From positions 46,252,001 through 46,316,000 of the forward strand of contig NC_043000.1 in the NCBI RefSeq assembly GCF_006345805.1: a stretch of DNA of 64,000 nucleotides, in the 5' to 3' direction. Source of the stretch: Octopus sinensis (lineage: Eukaryota). The position numbers and the translations under genes are program-made. Below the pieces are notes generated by a model that searched no databases, was not told the origin of the DNA, and worked only from the letters and a program-made list of their open reading frames with translations. Shown piece by piece: positions 24,120-36,170 of the stretch. Within the stretch, counting starts at the first letter, position 1, and each line of letters starts with the position of its first letter.

Positions 24120-26149
24120 CAGGCTTACGAGGAAGGGATGGCCTCCCTTTGCAAATACTTTAAGGACACAGAAAGTGTGTCTAAAGCCAGCTGGAGACGA
24201 TGATCTCCTGGGGCTAAAAAGCTATAGTAACATCCCCCCTTTGTGGTTAGCCATATTGAGATGGCTTTTATACTTTACGTATAAAATCGTATAAGAGGGA
24301 ATATGACATTAAATGTTGTAATTCTATATACCCCTAAAAACACAGAATACTTCGTTTTTGTATCTGGTTTACAATATTCTTTATGTGAAATCGTGTGTTG
24401 AAGCAAATTATGTTGTGTCTAGGGAGAGTCATATTATCTGAATGCCTCATTATCTAACACATTCACTGGTACGATTTCCACAGAATACCCACAACTGGAA
24501 AATCTTAAATCATAGGCCTGCTTCTTAGTTAAAGCTAACTTAGGCTGAAAGAACAACAGTTTGCTTAATAACATAATTATCGACATAGACTGAGATGAAC
24601 ATTCTTTTAATAAGTTGCTATAACTACTTCACATTTGATTGCAGCACAACAGATTAATGTTTTGTGGTCAAGCAGGCTGAGTGAAAAAAAATCTGTTTCG
24701 TAATTTATTACTTGTAAGACTAAAATTGACGTAGTTCAAATTATTACTGTAATAAAATTAAATTTGTTTTATACAAGATTTATATTCTTTGAACTACTTT
24801 AATTTAATTTTCTTTCAACAGACCTTATTGATGATCATGTCTCTTCTGTCTTTCTCTAGACATACTTATTACATGTTTTGAGACGATGCTCTTTGAATTT
24901 CTTTTTTAAAAACCAATTTTAGCATCCTGACACACAAGATTTTTAATATATAATGATCGTTATATAGTGAATTGTGGTACATACATGATAAAATATATCC
25001 ACAGTATTTTAGAACTCAATTAATAATATCGTTCAACTTCAATGCATTATTACAATGCAATAAATCCTGTGAAATAAACTTGCATTGATATACAGAATTG
25101 ACTAAAGTATTAGTAAAGAATATATTTGGATGAAAAAGCAGAAAAGCATAAATTTCACTTCTAATTCATCATTTTGTTGTACTCAGTAGCTGTTTCAATA
25201 GAGTAAAACAAAACATCATTATTTACATAAGTATGTAATTCATATACATAATTAATTTAAAAGTAATATGTCGACTATTTCTTCAGGAGAAGATCTTTAA
25301 ATAAGAGAAGAAAAAAACATGATTATATTCATGTATAGAAGTATGGTACAAGTATTCCAGCAAGGCAATAACTACTCAGGTATGAGTAAAAGAATTAATT
25401 ACATTGATGTTAATGACAATACAGTAACAGACTGAGGCAAAAGTATAACGTTTGCTTAAATGCAGTTTCTCCTCTTTGTCACTCTTCTCACACCTGAGAG
25501 CTACTTTTTTTCTATTTCATTTATATTGATATTTATCTTTCATTTTCTGTTTTTTACTTGCTTCAATCCCTGGACTATGGGCCATGCTAAGACACAGCCT
25601 TGAAGAGTTTACACAAACAAATCTCCAGCACTTATTTTATTTGAAAACCTGGTTCTTATCCTCTAGGTTTCTTTTGCTGAACTGCTTCATTCCAGGGATG
25701 TAAACAAACTGACAGCAGTTGTCAAACAGTGGTGGAGGACAAACACAAATACAAAGGCAAATACACACATACATGTGCTAGTAGCACATGGGAAGCACCC
25801 ATCACACTCTGTAAAGTAGTTGGCATTAGAAAGGGCATCCATCTATAGAAACTATGTCGAAACAGATAACTGGAACCTGAACAGTTCTCTGGCTGGCCAT
25901 TTCCTGGCCATTACATGAGGTCAAGACATGGGTGCATCATACTATGCTGCATCCATCTTGCAGTCTGGGTCACATCAGGTACATTTATGCATACTTTATG
26001 TATCAATTTACCTGATGTGATCCAGATTGCAAGACTGATGCAACATAGTATGTTGAACAACATCCCACCTATCAAGGACAGTTGCAGAATGGGTCAAAAC
26101 GACCATCATACAAAATAAAGAGTCATACCAATTCTCTAACTAATTATAT

Positions 26150-26208
26150 ATATATGTATGCAGGCATGTATGTATGTATGTATGTATGTATGTATGTATG
26201 TATGTATG

Positions 26209-26242
<34 letters not shown>

Positions 26243-26244
26243 TG

Positions 26245-26278
<34 letters not shown>

Positions 26279-26800
26279 TGTATGTATGTATGTATGGAGT
26301 TTCTTTCAGTTTCTGTTTACCAAATCCCCTCATAAGGCTTTGGTCAATCTGAGGTAATAGCAGAAGATATTTGCCCAAGGTGTCGTGCATATAAAGGCAT
26401 ATGGCTCAGTAGTAGAGGGTCACAACAATGAGGTAGTGAGTTCGATTCTCAGACCTGACTGTGTGTTGTGTTCTTGAGCAAAACACTTTATTTCACATTG
26501 CTCCAGTTCACTCAGCTGTAGAAATAAGTTGCGATGGCATTGGTATCAAATTGTATTGACCTTTGCCTTACCTTTGGATAATGTGGTGTGGAGAGGGGAA
26601 ACTGGTATGCTTGGATGACTGCTGGTCTTACATAAAAACAATTTTGCTTGAACTTGTGCCTTGGAGGGGAACTTTGTAGGTGCAAGTCCTATGGTCATTC
26701 ATGGGTCATTCATGAAACTTTACCCTAAGATGACACACAGTAGGACTGAACCTGATACCATGTGGTTGGGAAGCAAATTTTTTGCCACACAGCCCAGCCT
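26150..26800 (-). mobile_element. SINE family A with (TGTA)n centre, split by a nested CORE-like SINE
   Basis: Family A sequence stops at ...CCCAAGGTGTCGTGCA (~26390) and resumes at AAGATGACACACAGTAGG (~26728). Confidence 0.7.
26392..26727 (+). mobile_element. tRNA-derived SINE family E with CORE-like domain
   Basis: A/B boxes (TGGCTCAGTAG, AGTTCGATTCT) followed by GTGTTGTGTTCTTGAGCAAAACACTTTATTTCACATTGCTCCAGTTCACTCAGCTGTAGAAAT; partial second copy at ~59520-59640. Confidence 0.7.
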
Positions 26801-27952
26801 GCACCTTGTTAATATTTATATACATTTATTCTAATCAGAAGAAAAATGGCAGCATATTTCCTTTACAAGCTTTCCAAGACAGTTGAAACTGATATAATTG
26901 ATGCACAGTCTAAACTTTTGCAGGCCACTATTACCAAGTGCAAGAGAGTGCATTCTAGTAAAGATGCCCGCAGACAAAGTAAGGGTGTTAAACTAAGTGA
27001 TTTTAGGCCTACAAGGTTTGCATAAAGCATTTAACAAAGAAAAGAAAATATTTCTCTTCTGCAGTTTTATTCCCCAAGTATTTCTCATAATCTGTCTATC
27101 TATTTATCTGTCAGTCTGTCTGTCTATCATCTATCTGTCTGTCTATCTATCTGTCTATCTATCTATCTGTCTGTCTGTCTATCTATCTATCTAGCCATCA
27201 TCGTCATCATCCCTTAATGTCCAGTTTCCCATGATTGCATGTGTCAGACAAGAATTTGTTGATACAGCTTTTGCATCTATGATCCGAAGCAGTAAGAAGA
27301 CTTAGCAAGGCTATTAGTATGCAGTTTCAAATATGAAAAGAGAGCTAAAAGATTAAATCTGCCAGTGTAAATTTACCACCAAGATGATGTCATTAGATTA
27401 CTGAGAAATAATGAGAAATACAAATACCTCGAAGTGGTGCAAGTACAATGGAGACTCTTCTCATCTGTTTCCAGGCATGGTAATGCTTCCACATGGACAA
27501 GCATGATGATTCGAACAAGACAGGAATCAAACAACATTGCTTGTATGATAGTGATGCCAGTTTACAACTGTTACATGAGATCAAGACATGGATACATACA
27601 AACACACACAAACACCACAAATATACAGCAAGCATCTTCCAGTTTCCATGTACCAAGTCCACTGAGAAGATTTTGTTCTGTCTAAGGGTGGGAAATTGGA
27701 AGATACTTACCCAAAGTGCCATGCAGTAGACTGAATCTGAGACCAAAGATTTGGGAAGCAAGCTACACTTTTATATATATACATATATATCGTGGGATCA
27801 ACAACAATATACTACATCCAGCTGTGTTGCATACATGAGTCTGTGAGATTGCTTGGAAACACAAGGTTTGATAATTAAGTTATTGTGTTTTCACAGCATG
27901 AAACTAGCAGCAGCTCATATTTATACATTGTAGGTGTATATATATATATATT

Positions 27953-28482
27953 ATGAGCAAAATGCCCCTTGTCCAATGGACGGGGCTGAGTTGTCAAATA
28001 TTTAAACCAAATTTTCTCAAAACAACTTGTCCGACCGTCTCATCGGCCTCCCCTTTGAGAAACACTGATTTAACCTAAATTTGAGACACCAGCAAAAGAA
28101 GAAATAAAGATAGACTTTTTTCTATTCCAAAGAAAAACGATTTTATTCACACAAATATGCAACTAAAGAGCTTAAAGTACCAGTAGTGATAAAGCAAACA
28201 GTAAGCTTGGCAGGAAAGAAACGTGCCTTTAAGCAGTACAAAAACAACAAAAAAGGGAAAGTGCAGTTATGTACAGGTTGACGGAAGAAGAGCAGGACAA
28301 AAATGGCTTTATCGATCGCATTCTCACCTGGAATCGAATTTTGTAATTTTTGCAAGACCTATACACGCCCTGATACCATCGGTATCTACTTATCAAATTT
28401 GAGCGCAATTGGATGGTGGATGTCCGAGATCCTCGAAGACACACACACAGACAGAATGGATTTTGTATATATATATATATAT
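27953..28482 (-). mobile_element. Putative non-autonomous Helitron-type element
   Basis: GC hairpin GCCCC(TT)GTCCA-A-TGGACGGGGC at 27964-27986 near one end; the other end ACACACAGACAGAATGGATTTTG(TA)n parallels the architecture of 50943-51578. The CTAG terminus is degraded. Confidence 0.5.
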
Positions 28483-29109
28483 AACAAGAAATAGTCATAT
28501 AATAAAAATTCTAAAGAGAAATCTTTGATATATATATATATATATACACACACATGCACACACACCTATGTCCACACATATTCACAGAAGCCCTGAATAA
28601 TTTTGAAATGTTTTATAATGAAAATGTTTTGTTTAATATTCTCTGTATCAATTGCACTGTAAACTCTCTTGTTATTTAACCTTGGGTCAGCCATGTGATA
28701 TCAAACTAAGTCATGATCAAAGTCATTCTAACTGTAAGCCAATTTGTCTTTCATTTCACAGAGAGTATATTTTGACTACATTATATGTGTCTCCCTCTTT
28801 TTCTGTACAATAAAATGTGATTTGAGACAGATTTGACAACTATTACTAACAGATCAAGCAACCAACCACATTTAGTCTGTCTTTCACATTCTTTCTAGAT
28901 AGTTTCCTTCTACTCTTTAGATAGGATATAGACACCATAGCATCCAAACATCAATTTCTCTTCTATATATAATATATCTAATAGATTTCTTTCAGTCTCT
29001 TACAAATGAAGTTATATGATTCCACATATGTACTCAGTAATCTTGTTTGTCTCTGAAATTCGATAGATTACAATCTTCTCATTTCTCCCTACCATTTACA
29101 AATTTTCAG

Positions 29110-29157
29110 GACTCTGAAACAGGCATAAATCAGTCGTTCATGAGACAGCTTACGACT
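29110..29157 (+). CDS. Candidate small coding exon (DSETGINQSFMRQLTT), host gene unknown
   Basis: Pyrimidine-rich acceptor ...ACAAATTTTCAG, donor GTTAGT, 48 nt, phase 0-0, open. No homology recognised. Confidence 0.3.
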
Positions 29158-29633
29158 GTTAGTTTATAAATGTTAAATCAGCTGTTATTAATTATTAATA
29201 TAAAAAAGTTATGTCATTCTGTTTTGTTCTTCTTTTGTCAATTCTGTATATAATCATTTTTTATTTTTTTTTACACTTGGATTGATCAACTACAGTGATT
29301 GTTAGTCTTTATATTTTTTTTTAAGCCTACCATGATAAAAATTCAAGTATAGGAAAAGAAAGCCGTAGAAAAATTCTTCTTCGAAAAACATTTTTGTATG
29401 GAACAAAATCAATCTATTGTATCTATTCATAGTGTCTGCATCTAATGCAAGACTAAAATAGATATAGAGAACATCCTTATACATCAATATATCAAATGTG
29501 AGTTGTGCATCTCTCTTTAGCAACCTACTTGACAATACAAAACTCAGATTTTTTATGCTTACTCTCTCTTAAAATGTGTCCCCAATCAAACAATACTAAT
29601 ACTAATGATAATACTAATACTGATATAATAAAG

Positions 29634-29639
<6 letters not shown>

Positions 29640-29670
<31 letters not shown>

Positions 29671-29679
29671 TAGATAGAT

Positions 29680-29744
<65 letters not shown>

Positions 29745-29745
29745 C
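29640..29745. repeat. (TA)n(GATA)n microsatellite
   Basis: Direct reading. Confidence 0.95.
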
Positions 29746-30090
29746 TGATGACCTCAAACTGTATATGAGGAATGGGAATGGAAAAAAATTTTTGGAGACT
29801 ATGATCCAAGCAGTAAGAAAACTTAGCAAGGCTATTAGTATGCAGTTTCAAATATGAAAAGAGAGCTAAAAGATTAAATCTGCCAGTGTAAAATTACCAC
29901 CAAGATGATGTCATTAGATTACTGAGAAATAATGAGAAATACAAATACCTCGAGGTGGTTCAAGTACAATGAAGTATGAGAAGTGAGAGAGCAAGTCTGC
30001 AATTAGTACAAGAGAAGGATTAGGAAGCTGTTTGAAACAAAATGAAATGGAAAGAACATTATCAAAGCAATGAACACATGAGCCATTGTT
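29746..30090 (+). pseudogene. R4/Dong LINE reverse transcriptase fragment (domains 5-7)
   Basis: TDDLKLYMRN...MIQAVRKLSKAISMQF...NNEKYKYLEV...YKRRIRKLFETK*NGKNIIKAMNT*A; bases ~29800-29970 are duplicated at ~27275-27452. Confidence 0.8.
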
Positions 30091-30259
30091 GTATGAAGAT
30101 ATTCATTTTCATTTAACAACATTTACATTTTCTGAATGTGCTAATGTGGATATGGACAAACAACATAAGTTCATCCCAGATCATATCTAGCTAGAATTCT
30201 CTGTTGACCAAGAAATAGGAATAGCATATATTGACAGAATTTAAAGTGGTCAGTGACAC

Positions 30260-31340
30260 CGAGTTCAAACTGTCTTGAAAGCAACCAGTTTCATCCCCAT
30301 TTTCAGGAGTTGGATTACTGCATTGTACAGCAATAGTTGCTGGGTGGTCAGAGTAAATCAGGACCGTTCAGTATCAAGTGCTCACTCCAATAAGGTTTTC
30401 TTCTCTCATCTTGTATGTATGAATGTATTTACTCATGAGTCACTACCCTTGAGGGGCATCCTACCTGAACAATAATATGGAAAATTTGTCAGCACATGCA
30501 GAAAACATCACAGTATTAGTGTCAGATGCTATCACATCGAGGGGATCAGCATTGCTATAAGGAAATGCAGGGCAAAGAGAGGAGCAAAATTTTACCTGGA
30601 AAAGCTAGTGGGCTTCTGCTTAGCATTTAGTGAGGCAGATCTAGTGCCATCTAACAACACCTATGGGCACTGGACAGATGGCCTGATCAAACTGCTCAAT
30701 GTCTGCTTCAGTCTAAAGCTCTAATTACATAAAATATGAGATGAGGTGGCTAATAGGATGACCAATCTCACTCAGAAAAGTGTTGAGAAGGCAGTGAGCT
30801 TGCAGAAGCATTAGTACACCAGGTGAAATGCTTAGCGGCATTTCGTCTGCTGTTATGTTCTGAGTTCAAATTCCGCCGAGGTCAACTTTGCCTTTCATCA
30901 TTTTAGAGTCGATAAATTAAGTACCAGTTACACACGGGGGTCCATGCAATAAACTTAATCCCTTTGTCTGTCCTTGTTTGTCCCCTCTAAGTTTAGCTCC
31001 TTGTGGGCAATAAAGAAATAAGAAAAATGTTAAGAAAAAACTATTCATCAAAGGTCGTGCAGAGCTGCCAAATGCAAACATTGGATTCATTATCTATTAC
31101 TCCCTGACTGTCATGTCTCATCTCATTTCATGTCAGAACAGACTGAAATATCTGCTCTTTTGTATTCTATGGAAAGAATACTTTCCACAAGAGAGTTAGT
31201 CCATCTGCTATCAACACTCACTTGAAAAGGAAAAGAAGGATGGAGAGGGCATTGTTGCCTGCCAGCAAATTTTCTGAAAACTAGATGAGAATAACAAACA
31301 TGATCAAAATGAGTGACTCTACACTGACCACGCACTTTAA
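30260..31340 (+). pseudogene. Tx1/L1-clade LINE ORF2 fragments, interrupted by a SINE and internally deleted
   Basis: VLKATSFIPIFRSWITALY...VVRVN; LSAHAENITVLVSD; EKLVG...GHWTDGLIKLLNV; after the SINE KKLFIKGRAE...IIYYSLTV; then C-terminal HLKRKRRMER. Confidence 0.75.
30789..31022 (+). mobile_element. SINE family B (putative Meta-domain tRNA SINE), near-complete
   Basis: GGCAGTGAGCTTGCAGAA head; GAGTTCAAATTCCGCCGAGGTCAACTTTGCCTTTCATC...GTCGATAAATTAAGTACCAG core; degenerate TSD AGAAAAGTGTTGAGA / AGAAAAATGTTAAGA. Confidence 0.8.
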
Positions 31341-31439
31341 AATTACAGGCAGACTGAATCAGGTGGGTGCTTGCATAAATAGTCAGGGTTACTTTGCTTT
31401 TCTTTGAAGTTATCAGAAGTTATCTCCCTTAATTATTAG

Positions 31440-32460
31440 AATTTTATTATCTCATTAGTTTTGCTGTAAATCCGTGTACACAGGCAAACTTCTTTGCGTT
31501 TTTTCCTGTTTTGCAGTAATTGTGTAGCTCCTTGTCACCTTGTAGATTCTTATCAGTTTGGTAACAAGAAGACTCCTCAAATCTCAGAATCTTTCTCTCA
31601 AAATGTTTGCAGAACACAGAATGGCAATACATGTCACAATTCCACTACCCTTCTAGCCTCTTAGGTGCCAAGTGCACAAACTACTACAAAACAACTGTCA
31701 TCTTTTTATTCCAAAATCTTTCCATTCTTGATATTTTTCAATTTACTCAGTTTCATTGATATCCACTCTACTATTGTATAGTATAACAATATCTGTGATC
31801 TTAAACTGTTTGTTAAATTTTTGTCTTTTCTTTTGCCCTCTACAATCATATCTGGTCTGTTTGGTCTATTCTTTTCAATTGTATAGTCAGTCTTGAAGGA
31901 GAAATCTCATAAAATCCTGCAAATATAATTTTCTATCATAGACTCCAGTTCATTCTCATACCATTTTTTTGCACTTTGAGTCCAAATAATCAGCTAATAT
32001 CCCAATGCTCTAGTTTACAAAAATAATCATGCCTGCACATGCACTAACTTCATGCATTCATTTAAGAGTGGGTTAAAGCTTTTGTTTCTTTTTCCACAGA
32101 TTTAGTATTTGCTATCTGACTGAATTTTACTGATCTTTACCCTTATAAAATTCATTCTAATAGCTATGCTTACTAACTTAATTTCTTTTTTTTTTCAGGT
32201 TTTCATTTGACTACCACAACCAGATTTCTTTACTCCCAAGAATGTAAAAGTTAAATGCACTTCTAGACGTTTAAGAACTATTTTTGTTGATTCTAAAGTC
32301 TTGTTGCTTGTAACAGAGAGTTTCTCTTTAGTAAATAGACCATATTTTCAGTTAAGTGGGTCAGATCTTTTGCATCTTTTTAATGTTTCAGTATGGAAGG
32401 AGAGGTTGTGTTCCTAACCAACACAGAATTAAGTTCCCCAGCCATACACACAATGTAATG
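31440..32460 (-). pseudogene. R4/Dong LINE remnant (thumb, CCHC knuckle, RLE, 3' UTR)
   Basis: Minus strand: AIRMNFIRVKISKIQSDSK; CGK...ECMKL..RHD..HWD; KWYENELESMIENYICRIL*DFSFKTDYTIEKNRPNRPDMIV; AILCSANILRE. Confidence 0.75.
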
Positions 32461-32697
32461 TTGTTTACAGACTAGAAATCACTCAACTTACTATCCAACA
32501 CGCGAGGCTATACATGGTAACTATATATAGAGAGGGAGATAATAATATTTTAGAGAATTATTAAAGGTGATGAACATAGCTCACTTAGAATAGTAGAATT
32601 TTCAATATACTGAAATGCTTTATTTTATCTCATTTTCACATTCAAATTCACCCAATGTTGTTTTATCACTTTCCTCCTACTGTTACTACTACCACCT

Positions 32698-32743
32698 CTC
32701 TTTCCATCTATCTATCTATCTATCTATCTACCTATCTATCTAC

Positions 32744-32781
<38 letters not shown>

Positions 32782-32787
32782 ATCTAC

Positions 32788-32848
<61 letters not shown>

Positions 32849-32865
32849 AAACTATCTATCTATTT
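32698..32865. repeat. (CTAT)n microsatellite
   Basis: Direct reading. Confidence 0.95.
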
Positions 32866-33171
32866 ATCACAAGTAATAAAATAATTATTACAAAACTGAT
32901 TTAGATGATCATATATCTTAGCATTTGAATTTTGACTTTGGATCTTGTCAAACAAAATGAATACTTGTCAAATAAAGTCATTTAAAAGTATTTCTAAACT
33001 GAAATAATCTATTAACATCGATAGCGATGCTATAAATGACAAAGCATTACAACAGATAAACCAAAAAAGAAACAGAAACAAAAGTTTTATTTTTGATACA
33101 TTAAATTGAAAATGATGTGCTCATTGGAGTAAAAATATGTGTGTATGTATTTATACACATGTATGTAGTTC

Positions 33172-33187
33172 ATGATGATGATGATCA

Positions 33188-33273
<86 letters not shown>

Positions 33274-33275
33274 GC
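33172..33275. repeat. (GAT)n(ATT)n microsatellite
   Basis: Direct reading. Confidence 0.95.
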
Positions 33276-34341
33276 TTTTAATTTATGCTTCTTTGGTGTT
33301 TTTAATCAAGCAGAGTAGTTAATTTATTAGAAAAATTATACATAATCATAAAGTTTCAGAAATAAATAAAATTTTATATGTTCCCACATTTATTCATACA
33401 GCTTCACACTAATCCTGATTAGAAATAACTAAAAATTTTAAGCAATGTTTATTGCTCACTTTGTTTATTTTTCTGTTCATAATTTTCTAACTTCAAAATG
33501 TATCAGTTCCATAAGGGTGTTAAAATGGTTTTGTATTGCTTGAACACTGCTATGAAATATTTGATAATTAATTCTACTTTTTAGGTTAATCTAACTTTCC
33601 TGTTTTTCAGCAATACTTATAAACATTAATTGACCTCATCAGTGACAGAAATCTTAATGATGTGCAGCAATGAAAAAATATATATATATTGAAAATATGA
33701 AGAATAAATAGTAATGGTTGCTTCTTGCTATATTCTTTGAAACTAATTCCATATGAATATGAAATAATTTTTCAATTACATTTTGCTATAATCACAGAAC
33801 TTGGGGAAGTTTCAATACATTATTTCATGTTTTATGTTTTTTTTTCTTAGCATTACTCTTTTCTTTCAGCTGTCTTGTGAAGAATGAAATATTTAACCAG
33901 TGGTGACAAAAACAGAAAAAACATAAATTTGAGAGGTGATGAAATCTTTCTAGTGACACTTTTGTCCTATCAACGTAGATTATTTTAACATGATCTGATT
34001 TCTTAATTAGAAAGAAATTAATGTTTATTATGGCAATTTAATGATTTAAGATCTATTCAAATTGAATTGCCAATGCTTCTCAAGGTTTTGATAATGAATA
34101 GTTTAAGTTTATCTGAAAACTGTTTTGTAAATCTCAAGTAATAAATAATGTACTTATCATATATGATTGAATTCCTGAAAGAAGGAAAATGTATTTGAAG
34201 AAAAACGAAAACAAGAAAAGCTAAGAAATTTTCATTTTTATCTTATTTAAATTTCAATATTCTAAGTACCAAAACAGGAAAGGTTGGAAAAGAATTCTAA
34301 ATCAAAGCAATATGATTCTTTAAGAAAATTACACATGTGTG

Positions 34342-34381
<40 letters not shown>

Positions 34382-34627
34382 TGTGTGTGTGCGTGAGTGT
34401 GTGTGTGTGTACGTGTGCATGCATGTATTTGGGGGAACAGCTGGCTATCAAGTTAAGAAGTATACTGCTTTGCAGCTATAAGGTTCTGTGTTCAGTTCCA
34501 AAGGGTAACATCTTGGCTAACTACCATAGGGTTGACCAATGCCTTTTAAGTTAATTTGTAAATGTAAACTGCAGGAAGTCTATTGTCTGTGTGTGTGTAT
34601 ACACAAACACACACACACATACATAGA

Positions 34628-34800
34628 CATATCATCATCATCATCATCATTTAACGTCTGTTGTCCATGCTGGCATGGGTTGGACGGTTTGATCAGGGTT
34701 GGCAAGCTGGAAGGCTGCACCACACCCCAGTCTGATTTGGCATGGTTTCTACAGTTGGATGCCATTCCTAATGCCAACCCCTCTGAGAATGTAATGGGTG

Positions 34801-34805
<5 letters not shown>
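34628..34805 (-). mobile_element. Short 5'-truncated RTE 3' tail
   Basis: Same tail as 13700-13911, in reverse orientation. Confidence 0.75.
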
Positions 34806-34842
<37 letters not shown>

Positions 34843-34969
34843 CATACATATTATAAATAACTGTGTGTGTGCATGTATATATATATATTATATTATGTAT
34901 ATATATATATATATATATAGATATATATTCATACATAAACATATATGTATGTATATATATTCAAAATGT

Positions 34970-35172
34970 GACCGCGTGTGTAGCGTTGGCGATCTTTTTC
35001 TTCCGTCTTCCCTTCTCTGGATCTTTCTTTCTCCTATGTTTCCGACAAAGAGCTCCGCTCGAAACGTTAAACCCTCCTTCTTTCCTTCCTTCCTGAGCGT
35101 CCAATAATACTATATTTGTTCCACGTCCTCGCGTTGTTGTGTTTTTTTGTGTTTTCATGTTTGGATTAACTA
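34970..35172 (+). mobile_element. ~200-bp hammerhead-containing repeat, copy 1 (Penelope pLTR/retrozyme-like)
   Basis: GTTT-CcGACaA-A-GAGCtccGCTC-GAAACGTT-AAAC at 35038-35072; homologous to 35795-36010. Confidence 0.65.
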
Positions 35173-35192
35173 TATGTATATGTGTATATATA

Positions 35193-35223
<31 letters not shown>

Positions 35224-35619
35224 CATATACAGTGTAGGTTCTGATAGAGTTGAAAATGAGTGTATTTCCAATGCAGCACTTAACACAAGCACCAGTCCAC
35301 TGGTGCCGAACTGCAGCACCTCAGTGGTAAAAGCAGTGTGTAAGTATTTGAAAGAGTAACATAGCATCAATAAGACGATAAGGAATGAATATAGCACAAC
35401 TTTATTATTAATTACAATTGTCTTTGTAGTACTCCATTTTTTTTACTACATTGCACGGAATTGTTTCTGTGTGAAGAGTAACATATCTATGGTTGAATAT
35501 TTGCAGTAGAGCTTCGTCAAGTATTTCTTTGCATAATACAAATAATACATATTTTGTGTTGCTTATGTTGTGAGTAATCATGGCAATGAATACATAAATA
35601 GTGATAATGATAAAGGACA

Positions 35620-36001
35620 AAAATATAGCTGTCTGGTAAGAAGTTTGCTTCCCAACCACATGGTTCTGGGTTCAATCCCACTGTATGACAATGTGGGCAA
35701 GTTTCTTCTACTATAATTTCAGGCTGACCTAAGCCACGTGAGTGAATTTGGTAGATGGAAATTGAAAGAAGCCTGTTGTGCATGCATGTGTGCGGCCACG
35801 TGTGTATCGTTGGCAACTTTTTTCCTCCATCTTTCCTTCCTTGGATCTTTCCTTTTCCTATGTTTCTGACGAAGAGCTCCGCTCGAAGCGTTAAGTCCTC
35901 CTTTCTTTCTTTCCTTTCCTGAGCGTCCAATATCTCTATACTTGTTCCACGCCCTCGCATTGTTGTGTTTTCTCTTTGTGTTTTCATGTTTGGATTGACT
36001 T

Positions 36002-36049
<48 letters not shown>

Positions 36050-36170
36050 CATATATATATACATACATATATGTGTGTGTGTGTGTGTGTGTATTTATGT
36101 TTGTGTTTGTCCCTCCACCATCACTTGATAACCACCGCTGGAGTGTTTATATCCAAGTAACTTAGCGGTA
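35620..36170 (+). mobile_element. SINE family A, split by the hammerhead repeat in its central microsatellite
   Basis: Head at 35620-35790; tail TTTGTGTTTGTCCC...AACTTAGCGGT at 36090-36170. Confidence 0.7.
35795..36010 (+). mobile_element. ~200-bp hammerhead-containing repeat, copy 2
   Basis: GTTT-CTGACGA-A-GAGCtccGCTC-GAAgCGTT-AAGT at 35862-35896. Confidence 0.65.

Noticed and set aside
25287-25379. 93-nt segment with good AG and GT signals
   Set aside because: All three frames contain stops, so it cannot be an internal coding exon.
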